This document shows positions 58,097 through 64,000 of a stretch of DNA of 64,000 nucleotides, piece by piece (position 1 is the first letter of the stretch; every line of letters starts with the position of its first letter). The DNA comes from Leptogorgia sarmentosa (Eukaryota), in NCBI GenBank assembly GCA_964658305.1, contig OZ210885.1:21266001-21330000 (forward strand), in the 5' to 3' direction. The notes below the pieces were generated by a model that did not search any database, was not told where the DNA came from, and saw nothing but the letters and a program-made list of their open reading frames with translations. The position numbers were made by a program, and so were the translations under genes.

Positions 58097-59572
58097 CAGA
58101 GGAGGTTGGACAGCTGTCACGTGAATTTCTCGACCAATCAAATCGCGTCATTTTGACATTGCTTTTGCGAGGATTTTGAACAAAACCTGCTGAACAACAG
58201 CTGATCCTGGGGGTTGTTTATGGCAAAGTGATCCCTCAACTGGGCCACCTGAGTTGCTTTAGCAATCCAGTTCAATCCAGCAGAAGATTTACCAGCAACT
58301 GAGCCGAGCACAAAATGTACAACTTTATGTACTGTAGAGATACAGATTGGGGTGATTGTAATTGGCCAAAGCTATTGATATTAATATTGTAATTACCCAA
58401 TAACATGTAATTGTTGTGTGTTGTTTGTCTTATTATGGAAAGTGTGACAATGTTGATAGACTCAAAAAGTGAGAGACTTTTAGTACACAACCATGGTTGA
58501 CACAAATTTTCCATTCCTATTATATAAAGTGCTCAAGATAATTAAACAGTTTCACGAATTTATTAATTTATTCATACCACATATGCTACAGTTGTTTATA
58601 CCAAGTGTCTTGTTGTAATGTTGTTTTTATTAAAAGCACAGTTTCAAATTTGTACATGTATATCCTGTCAGTGATTACAGCATGGGTGGAGCAAACACTA
58701 CCCAGTTTAGTAGAAATACAGTATACCCAACACATATGCATTCCATTCAATAACTGTAGGGCTTGGTTTACTGTACTATATTTTTTATATTAAAACATCT
58801 CTTCAAGAACAAGGTATGGCAGTATCGAAGTTTGGAATTAATATTTTCATGAGCAGTGGAACCAATGGAATGTCTTAATCATTGCTGCTTTCAGATTCAT
58901 AGCAATCATCAAATTCCACTATATTTAGTTCCTTTTAAGTTTTAACTGGTCATTGCCATCTTGCCCAAGTTCAAAATCAGCCAACCATATACATATGTCT
59001 AAGCAAATTTCTTTCTATAAAAGCACAACAGAAAATCTTTTTCTCAAAATTAGAATTCCTAAGTTACATGTGATCCAGATACATGCAATTCAGGAATATT
59101 ATGTAAGCAATAGAATGAATAGATGAAATAATGAAATTCACCATCTGATAGTCTGATACAAAGGAAAATTTATACAGCCATACATAACTTAGCAAGTTAA
59201 GTATCACAAGTAAATTCTTTTTACATGCAATAATAAAACAAATAAGAAATATATTAAAATGAATGCATTGTAGTTATATATATCAACCTGGAATACTGTA
59301 TTTACTTTGATTATACATGGCGACTCGGCAAAGCCAGGCAATTTAAAAACGGTAAACTTGGAATAGTAAACAGCAACCATCGTAAGGATCACAACAATAA
59401 TGTTTTGCCACGCTATTTTCAAGAAGAATCGAAGTCAAACTCCAAACGCATCCATTTTTTAATTGGACCAGAGATGTTTACATCGTGGCAGTCAAAGTAT
59501 GAATGAGGCCACACGTGTAATTAGATGCTCATTACCCATGACGCTTTGTGGTCTGCTGTCCAACCTCCTCTG
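58097..59572. mobile_element. Non-autonomous TIR DNA element inserted in BEL RNase H region
   Basis: TIR CAGAGGAGGTTGGACAGC / GCTGTCCAACCTCCTCTG. TSD GTATTTTGC at 58088-96 and 59573-81 (7 bp if the TIR starts CC). Removal restores QFVANCVSKIRSHPNVTWRHVP. Confidence 0.88.
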
Positions 59573-62500
59573 GTATTTTGCTAACACAATTCGCAACAAA
59601 TTGTCGATAATCACCTTGATTGTGGATCCAGTGAAATGCCACAGTGCTGTCCAACCAGCAGTCGATCATGGAATCGATAGGAAGGCCAATTAAGGAACAA
59701 CGACCGTTCGCTGCAAGATTAAATGCCATATTACCTGCGATTAACTCAAGGCGTTTTGCAACACGAAACTTGGCTGTCAAAAGACCTTGCGTGGTGCCAG
59801 ATTTTTGTGAAATCACTGCATACACTGCGGCACTGAGTCCCTTTCCACTAGCGTCACCAAACGTGTGAATTCTTACTTCATCCAGCAGCTCTTGAAACAT
59901 AGCAAGGGATTGTTGTGTAGACACATAACTTGGCAGGTTGCTTTTGAATTTTATCCACAGCTCTGTTCTCTGTGACTTTAGCCGGTACAGTAGCATCCCA
60001 CACAGTCTTCAGCTTGCAAGCTACGAGTAGACCAACTTTCCTTGTAGCATGATTGGCGATACCAAATCCAATGGATCATGATCATACCCTCTCGCTAATG
60101 TGGACAACATCCCACGCTTTGTCACATCACTCGATTTACTAGGGAAGATAACGGATAAGGTGTCTTCTCTTTTGTTCCAAGGGAGATCTAGCAGCTTACT
60201 TTCCAGGCTGCAAGCAAGTGTTCCCGGTTGTTGTTTTTTCAAATGATTCTCTAGCTCTTCCACGTTAGAGTTCCACTTGTGCAGGACGAACTGAGCTTCT
60301 TTGAAAATTCGGGATGTTCTTGCATCAGCAACTGTAGGAGCACCAGAAATGAAATTGTCAACGTACATGCTCTTGGATACCTCACAGCAGCTTATCACGC
60401 CATAGTTCTAGATGCTGTTGGATTACACCGTTCAAAAGGAAGGGAGAAGGCGATAACACGAATAGTGGTCGAGTGAAACGTAGGGTAACTACTTCAGTCG
60501 AGTCCACATCCACCTACCAATGAAAACGTAGGCCATCACGTTCTGATTCTCGTATTCTGATTTGAAGGAATGCTGACCATAAGCCGCCTGCAAAGGTGAC
60601 AGGATGCAACCGATTTATCACCAGTACCCTCCACAGATCGTTTTGTAATGGTGGGCATTCATTGAGGGAAGGTGTGCCGGGCCGAACGTGTCATATACTA
60701 TGGTAGTTTGGTCGTTTCAGACGTCTCTTTAACCATAGGACAGTGAGGGATGTAGAACTCCTCACTTGGAGGCTCGGGAGCAACTTCAACAAATCCATTT
60801 GCTAACTGGTCTTGAATGATGCGATCGTAATCTTGCAACATATTGGATCGACACAGCTTGTGGGTTAATGAACTCAAACGACATATGCTTCCCTCGTAGT
60901 TGTTTGATAACTCCAGATGATTGCCCTTCCAAGGAAAAACCATCTCATACCTTCAGGCGATCGTGTGAGTTGTTCCTTGAACTCAGAGTACACATCACTT
61001 TGGTCACCGGCAGGAGTGTCAGGGAGACCCAGGACATCCAACGCACAGGGGCGTTCGAAATCTGTGGAAGAGTGGAGACATACCACTGTTGGCTTCTGGA
61101 GACAACAAAGCCCAACCAAGACTTGTGTGTTCTGCCACAGGACCACCGCGCTGACCCACACGAAGACATTCACCAGTTCGAATCTTAGCAAAATCGTCAG
61201 CTCCCAATATTATATGGACAGGTAATTGGGCCTTCTCATCCGTATTGTCCATACTCACACCCTATAAATGTGTATACTATTTGATCACTTCGCCATAAGG
61301 GGGGTTATCTAAGGCAAGGAGCGCAGGTTTTGTGATCTCTGTAACAGTAGCATGAATGCTAAAATTACCATTCCCCGAATTAATGTCGACATAATAAGTT
61401 TTCAGTTTCTTCGTCGTCACTCCGATAAGCATAGCAATTTGTCGTACACTCTAGGTTTTCTGCTCCGGTTCAACAAGATCCACAAACTTGGATGACACAT
61501 AGGAGTGGCTTGCTCCCGAATCTAAAAGGGCACGAAATTTAAGACCATTGACCTTGACTACTACTACGGGTGGATAACGGAAGACTGTCCGATCTGGCTT
61601 GCGGTCATACCAGGCTCACAGGTCTTGGATGGCTTATCACACAAGAATGTGTGATGTTTCCTCTCACAATTACGACAACACACAGAGCTTTTACATTCAG
61701 AAGCCCTGTGTTTAGCACCGGTGTAATTGAAGCACAACCGCTTGGCAGCTAAAATCTTCTTCCTTTCCCCAACGTCTTTCACTTTATCACAGTTAACAGC
61801 TTTGTGGTTTCCACTTTTGCAACAACACAGCACGAGCAGGTGTCCCATCACCACTTCTCGAATTCAGTGCATGCAAGCGCTCCTTTGGAGGCTTACTTCC
61901 AGTTGACAACGGATTGTTGACAGTCCATGTCTTCGATGAATTTATTGAAATTCCACTCACTCCAGTTGTCAGAGTATAGCAAGCTCATGTTTTATAATAC
62001 TAAGTTTATCAAGCGTGAATCTGACAGCTGCATCAATTTCATTAAGCTTCTCTAAGGTTTGCAAGGACTCCACATTGAACAGCCAGGTGTCATAGAACTC
62101 ATGTATTCTACCTACATCTCTTTCTTTGATCTGGGGTAGCTCAAGAATATTCTTAACATAGGCATTGACTACCTCATAGATAGAGCCTTTTCATAACCCG
62201 CATCGGTAAACGGCAGCCCATGAATAAACTTTCTAACTTTCAGCTCGACAAGTTCCTTAAGTAGGAAAACTTGGTCACAGCAGGTGCCTCAGCTTTGTGA
62301 ATCTGCGCCTCGAATTGTCTCCAAAATAGCACCCAATCTTGAGGTGTCCCTAAGAACTTAGATATAACTAACTTTGGCATTCTTGCGAAAGTGTTGATTC
62401 GGATACTGACTGCTTATTCTTGGCCAACTGTTGCTGGTGTTCCAGATTTAGCTTTCTCTTCTCTTGCTAATAAGCTAAAGTTTCTGTATGTAATCTCTCA

Positions 62501-63329
62501 GTTGCTTCTTGCTCCTGTCGTAGCTTTTCTTTTGTTAGTAGCTTTTGATATTCTAGCTTTTGCATCAACTCCAAACGATTTATTCTGTCTTTTCCTCCAG
62601 CCACCATTTCTTCAAGCTTTTTGTCTATCCGCTTCCGCCAAATTTGTCCCAATTTCAGCGCTCCATTCGTGCATGGTTTCTTCACTCTCACCTTTAGCAA
62701 ATTTTCTCTCTTCGACTGCTTCTTATAACGTATTAAACCAGCGGTAGTGTTATCTATCGATGCCTTGTGTTGCGTTATTTCTCAATTAATTTGTTGGTTT
62801 TTGCTAGTCTAAAGTTCAATATTTTTGTTTTACTGCTCAGCTCAGCGATCGATTTTTCCATACTGTATTTTCGCACTATTTCGCTTTAAATCGCGTAAAT
62901 AAACTCACACAATTGTTCCAGGTAAACTCTCGTCGCGTCGGAGGTGCCAGGTGTCGAAAACAAAGAACTGTTTTCTGTTGAAATGCAAATAATCTCACTC
63001 GCAAAGGATTTTATGGATTGTATTTCCCAAAAACGTGTTTACAGAACGAGTACAGATTGTATCTGATCTCAATACTTGTATGGACTAATGGTCTTTACTG
63101 ATCTCAATTATAGTCTATAGTGAGAACCGTAATGTTTTTACCGTGTGTTAATTTTGGTGCGGTTTTTTTCCTTTTCCAGTGGTGAGGAGGCGTTGCCCCA
63201 AATTGAATTAATAATTAGAGGACTGAGATCGAGGTACGAGCCAATCAGAGTGCTGTATTAGAGTGTTTTTGCATTGATAAATAGCTTTGTTAATTTAAAA
63301 TTCACAAGTTTAGAACTTCGTAGGTTTAC

Positions 63330-63605
63330 AGCAAAAACTGTGGTGCAATGCAGGAACTCACCACATGTTATGTAAGAAAGTCATTTTGATTTGCTGTTCA
63401 ACAAGACGGTTCTCATGGTCCATTATTACGGTTAACAGCATTTGAGAATATCATAAATGATATGTTATCGCAGTTACCAATAGAGTTATCGCTTGTATCT
63501 GATAGTGCAGAGGAAATATATATGGAACTTTTTCAGATGAAAAACTTTAGTGTGCAATACAATTCAAATTCATTGATTGTAAAAAAATTGTCGTACAATA
63601 ATTGA
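63330..63605 (+). pseudogene. Possible second OB-fold (RPA-like, Zn-ribbon) remnant
   Basis: KNCGAMQELTTC..*..LLRLTAFENIINDML..NFSVQYNSNSLIVKKL resembles the C-terminus of the 3435-3932 product. Confidence 0.35.
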
Positions 63606-64000
63606 ACCGATTGTGTAATCGGTTTAACATACGTTGCGTCTAAATTAGTTGACTTGTGTGCTTTAATAACTTTGAATTAAGGTTGTGTAAAATCGCTGCA
63701 TTAAATGTATTACATATGCTTAATGAATGTTTTGCTTTTGTTGCTTAACAACCGAATTCGAAAATATTCATGATAATTAATGTTTGGGTTACTGTGTGTG
63801 GGTGGTCATCACTGATCTCAAAATTATGGCGGACTATCATGAAGAGCCGAACTTTTTACAGCTTTTGGTCCCTTGGAAAGGCGAAAACAAAGATCTACGC
63901 TGTAAGACTTGAAAAGCCTTCTCAGAAGATATAAAACGCTGAGAAAGGAGAAGAAACGACTACGGATTGAAACATGAGTTTGTCAATATATTGTCGGCAG

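Larger units (their letters stand above)
41190..62951 (-). mobile_element. Decayed BEL/Pao retrotransposon split by three direct insertions (pieces 41190-41539, 42365-42464, 57783-58096, 59573-62951)
   Basis: PBS-like TGGCACCTCC at 62949 next to an LTR-like end at 62952. Gag with CCHC. FRALLDSGASHSYV (~61540), MYVDN, FGDAS, NPADIGSRG, GPLTTTEI..FWIKRAQ, AHKTMLHG..CWGCKRF, FDVIGVD. Many stops and frameshifts; truncated inside the integrase. Confidence 0.88.

Noticed and set aside
63826..64000. Possible start of a LINE ORF1 (MADYHEEP..)
   Set aside because: Short, contains stops and is cut by the window edge; cannot be supported.

Overview
AT-rich, intron-bearing eukaryotic DNA, probably from a marine invertebrate (cnidarian-like; inferred from the TE families only). 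The window is almost entirely transposable elements, and I found no convincing ordinary host gene, RNA gene or CRISPR array. Left block: a hAT remnant, mariner-like MITEs and Helitron/Helentron OB-fold and OTU fragments. These are followed by a Kolobok element (THAP-DDE transposase plus convergent KolX/P2X7-ballast-like gene) split by a Tc1 and by a ~27 kb insertion. That insertion carries a multi-exon CxC5/CxC6 KDZ-like transposase with a chromo-like segment, and itself holds a Ginger1 (integrase-Ulp1-PHD), a Helentron fragment, an intact young BEL/Pao LTR element and a CR1-group LINE. Right block: a six-layer nest in which each interrupted host frame rejoins on removal: decayed BEL/Pao > hAT > IS3EU carrying a HECT E3 ligase gene > non-autonomous Helentron > AcademX > TIR MITE. 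The same BEL also holds a Penelope fragment with a hammerhead ribozyme and another TIR element. Family names come from motif recognition, not database searches; some boundaries are approximate.
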